A DNA stretch of 64,000 bases, taken from NCBI GenBank assembly GCA_965214605.1, contig OZ243961.1:576001-640000 (forward strand), read 5' to 3'. Made by a program: the position numbers and the translations under genes. Positions 29,446 to 38,291 of the stretch are shown here, one piece after another. The notes under the pieces are model-generated. The model searched no databases and was not told the DNA's origin. It was given only the letters and a program-made list of their open reading frames with translations. The DNA is from an uncultured Candidatus Binatia bacterium (GTDB lineage: Bacteria > Desulfobacterota > Binatia > Bin18). Position 1 is the stretch's first letter; the number at the start of each line of letters is the position of its first letter.

Positions 29446-30612
29446 TTACGGCTGCCCCAACACCGCGACACACGACACCGCACCCGGCCCGCCAACGTTG
29501 TGGACCAAACCCAGCCTGGAATTTTGGATCTGACGCGGGCCGGCTTGGCCACGCAGCTGAGTCACAATCTCATACACCATACGGACTCCGCTAGCCCCGA
29601 TGGGATGCCCAAAAGACTTGAGGCCACCGCTTGGATTAACCGGGATATCGCCGTCCAGAGCGGTCCGCCCTTCTTCAATCAGGGTAGCCCCCCGGCCTTT
29701 GGGGACAAAACCCAAGTCTTCATAATTGGTGATTTCGGTCCAGCTAAAACAGTCGTGGACCTCGGCCACGTCGATCTCCATGAGCGGGTCGGTAATGCCG
29801 GCCATGGCGTAGGCCTGGGCCGAGGCGTGCTCAGTAGCCTGAAAGCCGAGGTAGTCATAGCTCGGGTCCATAAAGGGCCGACCGCTGCTCACCGCTAGGC
29901 CCACCCCTTTTACCAAAATATAGTCATCGCGGTATTCTTTGGCCAGATCCGACCGACACACCACAACCGCGGCCGCCCCATCGGTCGTCGGACAGCAGTC
30001 ATACAGGCCGAACGGATAGGCCACGATGGGCGCGGTCAGGACTTCTTCGGCAGAGACGGTCTTTTGCAGATGAGCCTTGGGATTCAACGAGCCGTTGTAG
30101 TGATTTTTGACCGACACCTTGGCCAGGCTCTCACGGGTCAGTCCATAGGTGTGCATATAGCGGGTAGCAGCCAGGGCAAACAGACCCGGCGCGGTTGACC
30201 CGTCATTATAGTAGGGATGCACGCCCTCACGCGCCAAGCCACGCCCCGGACGGTCTTTGTACTTCTCCACCCCGAGCACCAAGGCCATATCGTACAGCCC
30301 GGCCGCCACGGCTATGACCGCGTGACGGAAGGCATCGGTTCCGGTCGCGCAAAAATTCTCGACCCGGGAGATTGGTTTATTGTACAGACGCAGCGCATCG
30401 CCCAAGGAGACCGCGGCCTTACCGTGTCCCTGGGCGGGTGAATAGGTGCCAAGCCAGGCCGCGTCAATCTCGTCAGGGGCAATCTTAGCGTCGTGAAAAG
30501 CGGCAAACGCCGCCTCAACCGCCATTTCTTCGTAACCCTGATCAACATTGTCCCCAAACTTAATGCAGCCTGCCCCAATGACAGCAACCTGATCTTTGAT
30601 GGAAGCGGACAT
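29446..30612 (-). CDS. thiolase (SCP2/lipid-transfer type acetyl-CoA acyltransferase)
   Basis: VENFCATG, KNHYNGSLNPKAH, DCCPTTDGAAA, EVHDCF, NPSGGLKSFGHPIGASG. Confidence 0.92.
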   Translation of the reverse strand: MSASIKDQVAVIGAGCIKFGDNVDQGYEEMAVEAAFAAFHDAKIAPDEIDAAWLGTYSPAQGHGKAAVSLGDALRLYNKPISRVENFCATGTDAFRHAVIAVAAGLYDMALVLGVEKYKDRPGRGLAREGVHPYYNDGSTAPGLFALAATRYMHTYGLTRESLAKVSVKNHYNGSLNPKAHLQKTVSAEEVLTAPIVAYPFGLYDCCPTTDGAAAVVVCRSDLAKEYRDDYILVKGVGLAVSSGRPFMDPSYDYLGFQATEHASAQAYAMAGITDPLMEIDVAEVHDCFSWTEITNYEDLGFVPKGRGATLIEEGRTALDGDIPVNPSGGLKSFGHPIGASGVRMVYEIVTQLRGQAGPRQIQNSRLGLVHNVGGPGAVSCVAVLGQP

Positions 30613-30649
30613 GACTTCTCCCTTCTGCAACAGCTGTCGTGTTCCCCCC

Positions 30650-30857
30650 TACTAGCAGCTTGGACAAGAGCCATGACCAACGTCGCAATCCCTGCCCCTT
30701 GCAGCCGCAAAGCCCGCTACCACTGCGCCTTTGTGGCCGGGTGGTCATCGTCTGTCTGAGACGCTTCTCCGATAGCTCTGGCTCTGGCTTCGGCCTGACA
30801 CTAGTCCATCCCGGTCTTTTACAACTCTTTGGCTCTAGTCCGTGTGTCAAAAGCCAT
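30650..30857 (-). pseudogene. DUF1640/CCDC90-like coiled-coil gene remnant
   Basis: Manual translation MAFDTRTRAKEL*KTGMD*CQAEARARAIGE...PATKAQW*...IATLVMALV; three in-frame stops, with an RBS upstream. Confidence 0.6.
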
Positions 30858-31248
30858 GACTTGGCTCTCCCCTTTCCTGCCCAATATACCCCCTATTAAG
30901 GAAGAAAACAGCGGGGAAAACTTTGCTATCTCACCTTAAACACCTATAGGGAGGTATTGTCTGATTGCCAGGCATGTCAAGCCGCGGCCTGCTTGCCTCG
31001 CCCCCAGCCTCTCCCGCGCCGGGAGGGGGGAAAGCCTCCGCCTACAGCAGGTGAAATTGGCACAGTACTCTGGCCACCTCCGGATCGCTACGCTGTTCTA
31101 ACGCCCAGAACACCTCTCTCAGCTCCTCCAACCGCAGGCGGTTGCCGCTGAGGTCATCTTCCAGGCTCCCCACCTGCCTGCGCAAAGGTCCAACTCATCG
31201 TTCGTCGGTTCCGCAGCACAAAGCCTCTGCTAAGCCGCCACGAGTGTG

Positions 31249-31480
31249 CTACAGGCACTCTAGTAGCCTCAGGGTCAACTGAAATTGGCGGGCAAACCGT
31301 GCGGCCATGTCCTCCCGCAGTTGGTGAGAACGCCTAGCCGTATCGGTCCAGAGTTGCTCATTCTGTTGGGCCCGCAGCTGGCCCATCTCCGCCGGCAACC
31401 GACCGATGTCTCCACGCAATTGCTGGGACCGCGTCCGCCAACCCCGCTTGTCGGGCTTCGAGTCGTATCAGACGCCTCGG
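31249..31480 (-). pseudogene. decayed coiled-coil (DUF1640/XhlA-like) gene remnant
   Basis: RLIRLEARQAGLADAV, frameshift, then QQLRGDIGRLPAEMGQLRA...QLREDMAARFARQF. Confidence 0.35.
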
Positions 31481-31864
31481 TCAAGGTCGGGGATAGCTCT
31501 CCGGGGCGGGCAAGAACACTATGACCAAAACCCCCGGGAGGAAGGATTAACTCATGGCGGCATTCAAGGTCGGATGCCGGAAATGTCAAGTCATGTGGAA
31601 AAGGGGATCAGCCTGACTCGACTGACGGGGCCGTTATGGCATCCACAGCTTCTCCTCAGCAGGGGTAAGCCAAGGCGGCATAATATCGAAAGGGGCGAGC
31701 CAGCAACCGCAGCGGCTCGGTCCCCCCTCCCCTCCTCTCTCCAAGGGGAGGAAAGTGCAGACGGAGACACGACTCGCCAGCGGCTCAATTCCTGGTCTTG
31801 CTTGTTTCAAATCCCATGTCTAGGCTGTGTTGGGAAAGCTCTTCAGCAGACGAATAGGAGAGAT

Positions 31865-34800
31865 ATGAGACGACAACATCACAGTGGTCAGAACGCTCGT
31901 GACTGGCGGCGCCAAATAGCAGCCTCTGCGGAGAAACAACAAGAAAGCGTCTTCACATATAAGTTTGGACTGAGCATACAAGAGGGAGATTTAGACTTTG
32001 CCGCGGCCACTCGAACCTACGACATCACCGAAGGGATTTTATGCGGGAGCTTAATCGGCTTGATATGCGCTGTGCATCTGTCCGGGTTTCGCCTATTTTC
32101 CAAGAGCGGGGAGACACGCCAGTTCCGAAATCGAAGTCGATATCCCGAAGACGCATTCACCAAGGCGTTCCGCGCTCATACGGAAATCATAAACCCTGAC
32201 ATTACGATTCAGTCAATTGAGGCTGTCTTCGCCGCACCTCCGCGAAAGAAAATAGCCTGGTCAGCGGACACCCTTGGGAAGCGGCTGTTTCAAACCTGGA
32301 ACAATCGCTCCCCAAAAGACGCAGAGAGAGAGCACCCAGAATTTTTACTGGCCCAGGGAATCGCTTGCGAAGTCGCCAAACAGTTCTCCGGATGGAAGGA
32401 ACTCGCCGACAATGTAAGCGGTGCACTGGCCTGCGCTGACAGATATCTGGCGACCCTGGGAGACTCCTTTCCAAAACTCAGTAACCTGCCACCCGGAACC
32501 ACGATCAATCCAGACTCTTGTACGCTTGCCTACGATCCCGAATCGCCCTTCGTTGAGATGGTTGGTAACGAAGAAAACTGGCTCCATCAGGTAGTGGCGG
32601 TTTGTGCTGGCAGGCTGAAACGAGACATGCCCGATCGTGACCTATCCTCGTCTGATTTTGCAAAGCGTCTGAACGACGCTGTTGTTACTAGTCAGCACAA
32701 TGGACTGTCTTGGTTATTCGGCAACGGCCTACGCTACCTTCGGAAATCAAGCATTGAGCGGATTACCGAAAACCTTGATGTTCCACACGGGAAGCGCCAA
32801 CGAGTTGAACAACTCAAAGCCTTTGCCGACGCGCTTCCTGACAATCCATTTTTCGACACCAATGGCTATGCCGAGTTTCGTACCTCCGTCGGTGGCAAGA
32901 TCGCCTCATGGGTCTCGAACTACTGGAAGCGCATTTGCGAACTTGCGACGTTGCATTCTCAGCCGCCGGATATCGCTATTCCCGAAACGCTGCAAGATCC
33001 CGATAACGCCTTTCTGTTTTCTGGTCAGCACACCAACGCTGCCGGCCTCATAGACCTCTCTAATCGCATCCCTGAGCGGGTCAAAAAAGCCGGCAATGCG
33101 CTTGTTGTTCTGCGTGGAAGTTGTATTCCTGGACCGGAAGATATCGCCGTCGTTGAATCCGTTGCCGATGAGATGACCGAACTCACTGGGCAACTCTCCA
33201 TGCTCGACAACCGCATTCGGCAGGAAACCGAACGCGCCAAAGACGCCGAAAACGAAAAACGTGCCAAGGTCCTAGAATCCCTCAGGCCAAACATTCCCAA
33301 AGGTCTCAAGGATCTGCCCAAACTAAACAGCATATCAGGCGGCACCGTGGACGCTACCGGTGAGATCAAACGGCTGGAAGCCGACCTGAACTCCGTCATA
33401 CGAGCACGCCGTGAGCACTTCCGGCAACTCTCTGAATGGGCGGACAGTAACGCAGGCGGCCTTGATCCCCTGCCCATCCTTAAAGAACGCGAACAAGAGG
33501 CGCTTTCCGACCGAAACATGGACCTCGATTGTGCAGCTGAATACGCTATCCGGCGTCTGCTTGATCGCATCGGCGTCATGTCGCATCGACTGTCGCCAAG
33601 TGTAGCCGAGCAAATCCGGACCGCCATGACGCCGCTTTTTCGCAGGAAAAAAGAGGCAAACCGCTACTTCTACAATCGCAACGGCAGGATCTATCGGCAT
33701 CCCTTCAGCACCTCACGTCACCAGGCTTATGCCATAGACGTAGAGCGTGCCCACGCAACCGATTGGCTCTTGTGGTTGGAGGAGCGGACGACAGAAATCC
33801 GTAACGCTCTGCGCGCGGATCAGACACGCCTACGCGATCTTCTGTTGATGGAAGCTTTTGTCCTGACGACACGGCTCGGCGGTCTCTCTGATCGTGTACC
33901 GGGGGATCTGGCGAAACCGGAAAACGACTGTCTCAACATTCCTCCCCTGCTCAAAGCGCAGCTCGAGGCTAGGGAGGTTTCGCGCGATGTGGCCGTGCGC
34001 GCCTTCAATCTGTTCAATAGTGCTATCAATGGTCTGTCGTTTCGCGCCTTCCGTGATAGTTTCATTGTTCGCGTTAAGTTTCAGCGCCAAGATCGCGAAG
34101 AAGTATTTTATGTCCCGAAGGAACGCCCCTGGCAGGCACCAGCTGACTATGATTCAGCCAAGGGTGAGATATCTAAGGGCTTGAAGCTCTCCGCAGTCGT
34201 GCGTGACCAAACCGGGGCTGTTCTGCCGCGTGAGACAGCCAAGGGCTTGAGTAAGGCGAAGTTTCCCGAGCCGGGTACGCGTGCCCTGCTGCGTCAATCG
34301 CCTCATGACTGGTTCGTCGAACTCGATGTCCGCTCTACCCAGGCTTCGGAGTTGGCAGGGCTGCCCGTCAAGAAGAACAAAGACGGACTCAAGCGCTGGA
34401 AAGTCCTGAAAAAGCCGGCCTTTCGACTAGTCGGGCCGCCCTCGTTCAAGACGCAGCTCGACCGCGCTCTGACAAGCGGAGAGGTGAAGCTCGGCGACTA
34501 CACGCTCATCATTGACCAGCTCTTCAAACAGTCCTTGTACGTCGAAGGTGAGGAGATACACCTTTTGGCTGAACCGGTAAAGATTCGGGCAGAACTGGCG
34601 GTTCCAGTAATAGACAACCGGCCGTATCCCAAGTCTGAAACCGACTTGATATTTAACAAGATCGTTGCCATAGACCTTGGCGAGCGACGGGTCGGCTACG
34701 CGGTCTTCTCGCTCATAGACTTCGTGGAAAACGGTTGCCAAAATCCGATCAAGGTGGGGAGCGTCGCCATTCCCGCTTTCAGGAAACTGATGGCCGCGGT

Positions 34801-35650
34801 CCGCCGCCACCGCGGGTCGCGGCAGCCCAACCAGAAGGTCGACCAAACCTACTCGAGAGCGCTGATGCAGTTCCGAGAAAACGTGGTGGGAGACGTCTGC
34901 TCTCGCATTGAGACCTTGTGCGAATACTTCGGCGGATTTCCCGTACTCGAAAGTTCGGTGGGAAATTTCGAGACAGGGGGCCGCCAGCTGGAGATGATCT
35001 ATGGTTCAGTCCTGCGCCGCTACACTTTCTCCGAAGTGAAAGCCCATAAAGCCACCCGTAGCCATCATTGGTTCACAGCGGACACCTGGAAGCATCCCTA
35101 CGTCTACACCTACACCTACACCTGGAATAAGAGAGAAAAGCAATATTCCGGCCCATCCAAGCCGCTGAAGATATTCCCCGGCGTCACGATCAACCCGGCC
35201 GGCACCAGCCAGACTTGCCAGCATTGTAAGCGGAATGCCCTTCAGGCGCTGCGTAACATGACGGACAAGGTCGAAGTGGGAGAAGACGGCCGCGTAGTCC
35301 TCGGAAACGGGACGATACGGCTTCTCGAACGAGCCGATTATCTTCCTTCCGAACGAAGAAAATTTCGTCACAACAAAGCAAGGCCGCCGCTAAACGTGCC
35401 TGCCCAGAAAGGATCCCGGCTAAGCCGCGACATCACGCGTATCGCCAGACGAAACATGCGGCAACCCCCATCTTCCACAATGTCACCCGATACCACACAG
35501 TCTCGCTTCAAATGCGTGTACGTTGACTGCGGCTATGAGGGGCATGCCGACGAAAATGCCGCAATTAACATCGGCCGGCGTTTTTTGGAACGGATCGATA
35601 TGGAAACGTCGAGAGGGACGTGCCGGGACTTGACCGGGCAGCGAGAATGA
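31865..35650 (+). CDS. cas12c: type V-C CRISPR effector Cas12c (C2c3), about 1261 aa
   Basis: RuvC-I IVAIDLGE, RuvC-II FPVLESSVGNFETG, RuvC-III GHADENAAINIG; Zn-ribbon CQHC...CVYVDC; N-terminal SGQNARDW and HLSGFRLF, plus GGKIASWVSNYW, as I recall from Cas12c2. Start set at ATG 31865 after AGGAG. Adjacent to cas1 and a short-spacer array. Confidence 0.9.
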   Translation: MRRQHHSGQNARDWRRQIAASAEKQQESVFTYKFGLSIQEGDLDFAAATRTYDITEGILCGSLIGLICAVHLSGFRLFSKSGETRQFRNRSRYPEDAFTKAFRAHTEIINPDITIQSIEAVFAAPPRKKIAWSADTLGKRLFQTWNNRSPKDAEREHPEFLLAQGIACEVAKQFSGWKELADNVSGALACADRYLATLGDSFPKLSNLPPGTTINPDSCTLAYDPESPFVEMVGNEENWLHQVVAVCAGRLKRDMPDRDLSSSDFAKRLNDAVVTSQHNGLSWLFGNGLRYLRKSSIERITENLDVPHGKRQRVEQLKAFADALPDNPFFDTNGYAEFRTSVGGKIASWVSNYWKRICELATLHSQPPDIAIPETLQDPDNAFLFSGQHTNAAGLIDLSNRIPERVKKAGNALVVLRGSCIPGPEDIAVVESVADEMTELTGQLSMLDNRIRQETERAKDAENEKRAKVLESLRPNIPKGLKDLPKLNSISGGTVDATGEIKRLEADLNSVIRARREHFRQLSEWADSNAGGLDPLPILKEREQEALSDRNMDLDCAAEYAIRRLLDRIGVMSHRLSPSVAEQIRTAMTPLFRRKKEANRYFYNRNGRIYRHPFSTSRHQAYAIDVERAHATDWLLWLEERTTEIRNALRADQTRLRDLLLMEAFVLTTRLGGLSDRVPGDLAKPENDCLNIPPLLKAQLEAREVSRDVAVRAFNLFNSAINGLSFRAFRDSFIVRVKFQRQDREEVFYVPKERPWQAPADYDSAKGEISKGLKLSAVVRDQTGAVLPRETAKGLSKAKFPEPGTRALLRQSPHDWFVELDVRSTQASELAGLPVKKNKDGLKRWKVLKKPAFRLVGPPSFKTQLDRALTSGEVKLGDYTLIIDQLFKQSLYVEGEEIHLLAEPVKIRAELAVPVIDNRPYPKSETDLIFNKIVAIDLGERRVGYAVFSLIDFVENGCQNPIKVGSVAIPAFRKLMAAVRRHRGSRQPNQKVDQTYSRALMQFRENVVGDVCSRIETLCEYFGGFPVLESSVGNFETGGRQLEMIYGSVLRRYTFSEVKAHKATRSHHWFTADTWKHPYVYTYTYTWNKREKQYSGPSKPLKIFPGVTINPAGTSQTCQHCKRNALQALRNMTDKVEVGEDGRVVLGNGTIRLLERADYLPSERRKFRHNKARPPLNVPAQKGSRLSRDITRIARRNMRQPPSSTMSPDTTQSRFKCVYVDCGYEGHADENAAINIGRRFLERIDMETSRGTCRDLTGQRE

Positions 35651-35669
35651 GCCACCATCGTTCCTATTC

Positions 35670-35745
35670 TCTTCCAGGCCCAAGGACTTATCATCCATAC
35701 CTCAACCTGGAAGACGTCCCCGCCTCCCCGGACGCCCTTCAAAGA
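35670..35745 (+). ncRNA. candidate Cas12c scoutRNA/tracrRNA
   Basis: TCTTCCAGG/CCTGGAAGA 9-bp stem enclosing a GGA..TCC hairpin and ATACCTCAA (CCTC pairs with the repeat 3' GAGG); CGTCC/GGACG hairpin; CCCTTCA pairs with repeat TGAAGGG. Confidence 0.7.
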
Positions 35746-35757
35746 GGGGAGGCATCA

Positions 35758-36813
35758 TCACCTTACCAGCTTTGAAGAGGAATGGGAGGTAAGGGGAATA
35801 TCGCCTGGCAGCCGATAGGAGACCTTTGGCGGACGCCCGCCTTTACGTTCACCCGCGGCGGGAACGATAAACCGGCGCATGTCGCCGGCCAGGTAAGCCC
35901 GCAGCGCCAACACGCTTCCATGCAACAGATTTTTACGGCGCACAAACTGGTGGGTAGCGGGAACGTAGACAACCTTCTCCATATCGTTCTTCAGCCCGGA
36001 CAAAGTGGCTTTGGTCAGCGAGTCAGAGGCATTGTCCGGGGGATGGGTCCGGCAGGCCCCGGCAACGGCCTCTTCAATCATGTACCGGGCTGGCTCCATG
36101 AGATCGTAGACAAGTCCCATGTAGTCGGTCCCTTCATGCAGGAATCCGTGACTGGGCGAAAGCCGGTGGATTAACAACCAGCGCAAGAGTACCCCAGACA
36201 GGAACATGGACCCTGCATCAAGGGCGGCTGGTAAAGGCCCCTCCCCTCTGCGAGTGATATCAGGGTATCCCATCCGAGTGAAATATCTCCGCCAATATCT
36301 GCGTGATTGCTCGGCTTCCCAGGCCCGTATCTGTCCAAGATTCCGTGTACGCGCCAGCCGTTTGTAGACAGCGCTTGGCATGGGCAGTGTGTTCTCTACC
36401 GCCCGAAAACGTTCACGTACTAGAGTCCGCGCAATATAGGCACGTTTAGATTTATTTGTCCGGGTAACGATCTGTCTGGTCAAAATATCGTCGGCATCGA
36501 CTCTGGGAGCTGGCAAGAAAATCGCTGGGCGGCTGATGTTGCGGCGGTGAACAAGGAGGGGCACTCGGCGAAAGGCAAGTTCGTCAATGAGAGCGACCGG
36601 AATCTGGCCAGTCGCGCCGTAGAACATGATGCAATCAAGCTGCGACAGCTCAGTATCGACCTCGCCTCCGTTATATGTGAACCGCCATAAGTTCTTTTTG
36701 AGCCTTGCTACCTGAGAGACGTATGGTAGCCACAAGGTCGTCTTGCTTCTCCGCTTGGTTGATTTCCATGTCCAAAGAGAATTTGGATGTTGAAATTGAT
36801 CAATTTTAACCAT
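35758..36813 (-). CDS. cas1: type V-C Cas1 (Cas2-independent mini-integrase type)
   Basis: LWTWK..LWLPY N-terminus, AWEAEQSRRYWRRYF, LSPSHGFLH, LVYDLMEP; no cas2 or cas4 nearby. Confidence 0.9.
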   Translation of the reverse strand: MVKIDQFQHPNSLWTWKSTKRRSKTTLWLPYVSQVARLKKNLWRFTYNGGEVDTELSQLDCIMFYGATGQIPVALIDELAFRRVPLLVHRRNISRPAIFLPAPRVDADDILTRQIVTRTNKSKRAYIARTLVRERFRAVENTLPMPSAVYKRLARTRNLGQIRAWEAEQSRRYWRRYFTRMGYPDITRRGEGPLPAALDAGSMFLSGVLLRWLLIHRLSPSHGFLHEGTDYMGLVYDLMEPARYMIEEAVAGACRTHPPDNASDSLTKATLSGLKNDMEKVVYVPATHQFVRRKNLLHGSVLALRAYLAGDMRRFIVPAAGERKGGRPPKVSYRLPGDIPLTSHSSSKLVR

Positions 36814-36874
36814 ATATGTCCTCAGTAAGAAAATCGAAAAATCATTGTAATATAAATATTTATCTGGTATACCT
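36814..36874 (+). promoter_or_regulatory. AT-rich CRISPR leader / divergent cas1 promoter region
   Basis: 61-bp AT-rich spacer with TTGTAA-17nt-TATACC and palindromes ATAAATATTTAT and GGTATACC. Confidence 0.65.
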
Positions 36875-37539
36875 CCAGTTCTGAAGGGGAATTAGAGGCC
36901 GAAAAATATGAGTTCTGAAGGGGAATTAGAGGGTGTGGAGCATGACGCAATCCAGTTCTGAAGGGGAATTAGAGGCTGAAATACGGGCGTTCCTCCAGTT
37001 CTGAAGGGGAATTAGAGGTTCTCAACAGCATGAGGAGTCCAGTTCTGAAGGGGAATTAGAGGTTCTCAACAGCATGAGGAGTCCAGTTCTGAAGGGGAAT
37101 TAGAGGTTCTCAACAGCATGAGGAGTCCAGTTCTGAAGGGGAATTAGAGGTTCTCAACAGCATGAGGAGTCCAGTTCTGAAGGGGAATTAGAGGTTCTCA
37201 ACAGCATGAGGAGTCCAGTTCTGAAGGGGAATTAGAGGTTCTCAACAGCATGAGGAGTCCAGTTCTGAAGGGGAATTAGAGGTTCTCAACAGCATGAGGA
37301 GTCCAGTTCTGAAGGGGAATTAGAGGTTCTCAACAGCATGAGGAGTCCAGTTCTGAAGGGGAATTAGAGGTTCTCAACAGCATGAGGAGTCCAGCAGGGG
37401 AATTAGAGGTTCTCAACAGCATGAGGAGTCCAGTTCTGAAGGGGAATTAGAGGCACGCGCATGACGCACCCCCCAGTTCTGAAGGGGAATTAGAGGATGG
37501 AAGGCTTCGGGCTGCCCAGTTCTGAAGGGGAATTAGAGG
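36874..37539 (+). CRISPR. CRISPR array, 16 repeats (T)CCAGTTCTGAAGGGGAATTAGAGG, 15 spacers (6 distinct)
   Basis: Period 43-44 nt; spacers 18-19 nt with a 25-nt repeat. Spacers 4-13 are identical. Spacer 1 is 12 nt before a 5'-truncated repeat 2. Repeat 13 (37391-37409) has a net 5-nt deletion. The 3' GAGG end and left leader indicate + orientation. Confidence 0.97.
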
Positions 37540-37560
37540 CAGGGAGGGAGGGCTGGAATC

Positions 37561-38286
37561 TCATCGCTGTCCAAGTCGAATCGCCTCGGCCAGGTCTACC
37601 GCGCCGGTGTAGAGGGCGCGGCCGATAATCAGGCCGTGTATACCGTCCGCTTTACATGGCCGCAGCCGCTCAATGTCTTCAAGACTGGCCACGCCACCAG
37701 AGGCAATAACAGGAATCTGAATTGCCCGAGCCAAGAGCCGGGTGGCTTCGATATTCACCCCTAGGGATGTACCGTCACGGATAATATCGGTGTAGACAAT
37801 CTCACCAACGCCCATATCTTGGCACTGTTCGGCAAGTTGCGTCGCCTCAAGCTCAGTCGCTTCAGTCCAGCCTTGGACAGCGACTTTCCCGTCCCGGGCA
37901 TCAATGCCAACCGTAATCCGGCCCAAAAAGCGTCTACATGCCTCAGCTACAATCTGAGGCTGCCGATAGGCTACTGTGCCCAGAATTGCACGCTGTACCC
38001 CGAGTGAGAACATCTGCTCAATCGCCGCTAGGCTGCGCAGTCCACCGCCGAGCTGAACCGGAATATGTAAGGATTGGCAGATTTTTTCTATAGCGTCAGT
38101 GTTCACGCCTGCGCCTGACATGGCGCCGTCAAGATCAACTAGGTGGAGCCGAGCGGCTCCGGCGTCTTGCCAGCGCTGTGCCACGGCGACCGGATCGTCG
38201 GAGTAGATGGTCGCCTGAGCCATATCACCTTGGTAGAGACGCACACACTGACCGGCCTTGAGGTCGATGGCGGGGATAATCTCCAT
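37561..38286 (-). CDS. hisA: ProFAR isomerase
   Basis: IIPAIDLKAGQCVRLYQG, HLVDLDGA, QLGGGLRS, YTDIIRDG, IASGGV. Confidence 0.95.
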   Translation of the reverse strand: MEIIPAIDLKAGQCVRLYQGDMAQATIYSDDPVAVAQRWQDAGAARLHLVDLDGAMSGAGVNTDAIEKICQSLHIPVQLGGGLRSLAAIEQMFSLGVQRAILGTVAYRQPQIVAEACRRFLGRITVGIDARDGKVAVQGWTEATELEATQLAEQCQDMGVGEIVYTDIIRDGTSLGVNIEATRLLARAIQIPVIASGGVASLEDIERLRPCKADGIHGLIIGRALYTGAVDLAEAIRLGQR

Positions 38287-38291
38287 AGGAA

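Noticed and set aside
31721-31745. Partial complementarity of the purine-rich pseudo-spacers to the cas12c upstream region (autorepression)
   Set aside because: Low-complexity G/A sequence that is part of a REP-like hairpin; the match is not significant.
31406-31864. 153-aa N-terminal extension of Cas12c in the ORF track
   Set aside because: Not protein-like and overlaps a minus-strand remnant. The AGGAG RBS and Cas12c similarity both begin at ATG 31865.
35105-35122. (TACACC)3 microsatellite inside cas12c
   Set aside because: In frame (YTYTYT) and short; no evidence of phase variation.
31865-35650. Calling the effector TnpB, Cas12a or Cas12d (CasY)
   Set aside because: Size, the FPVLESSVxNFETG and HADENAAINIG motifs, short spacers and the cas1-only module fit Cas12c best. 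An HMM search is still needed for confirmation.
36835-36842. Spacer 1 core CGAAAAAT also occurs in the leader
   Set aside because: Only 8 nt in AT-rich sequence with no plausible PAM.
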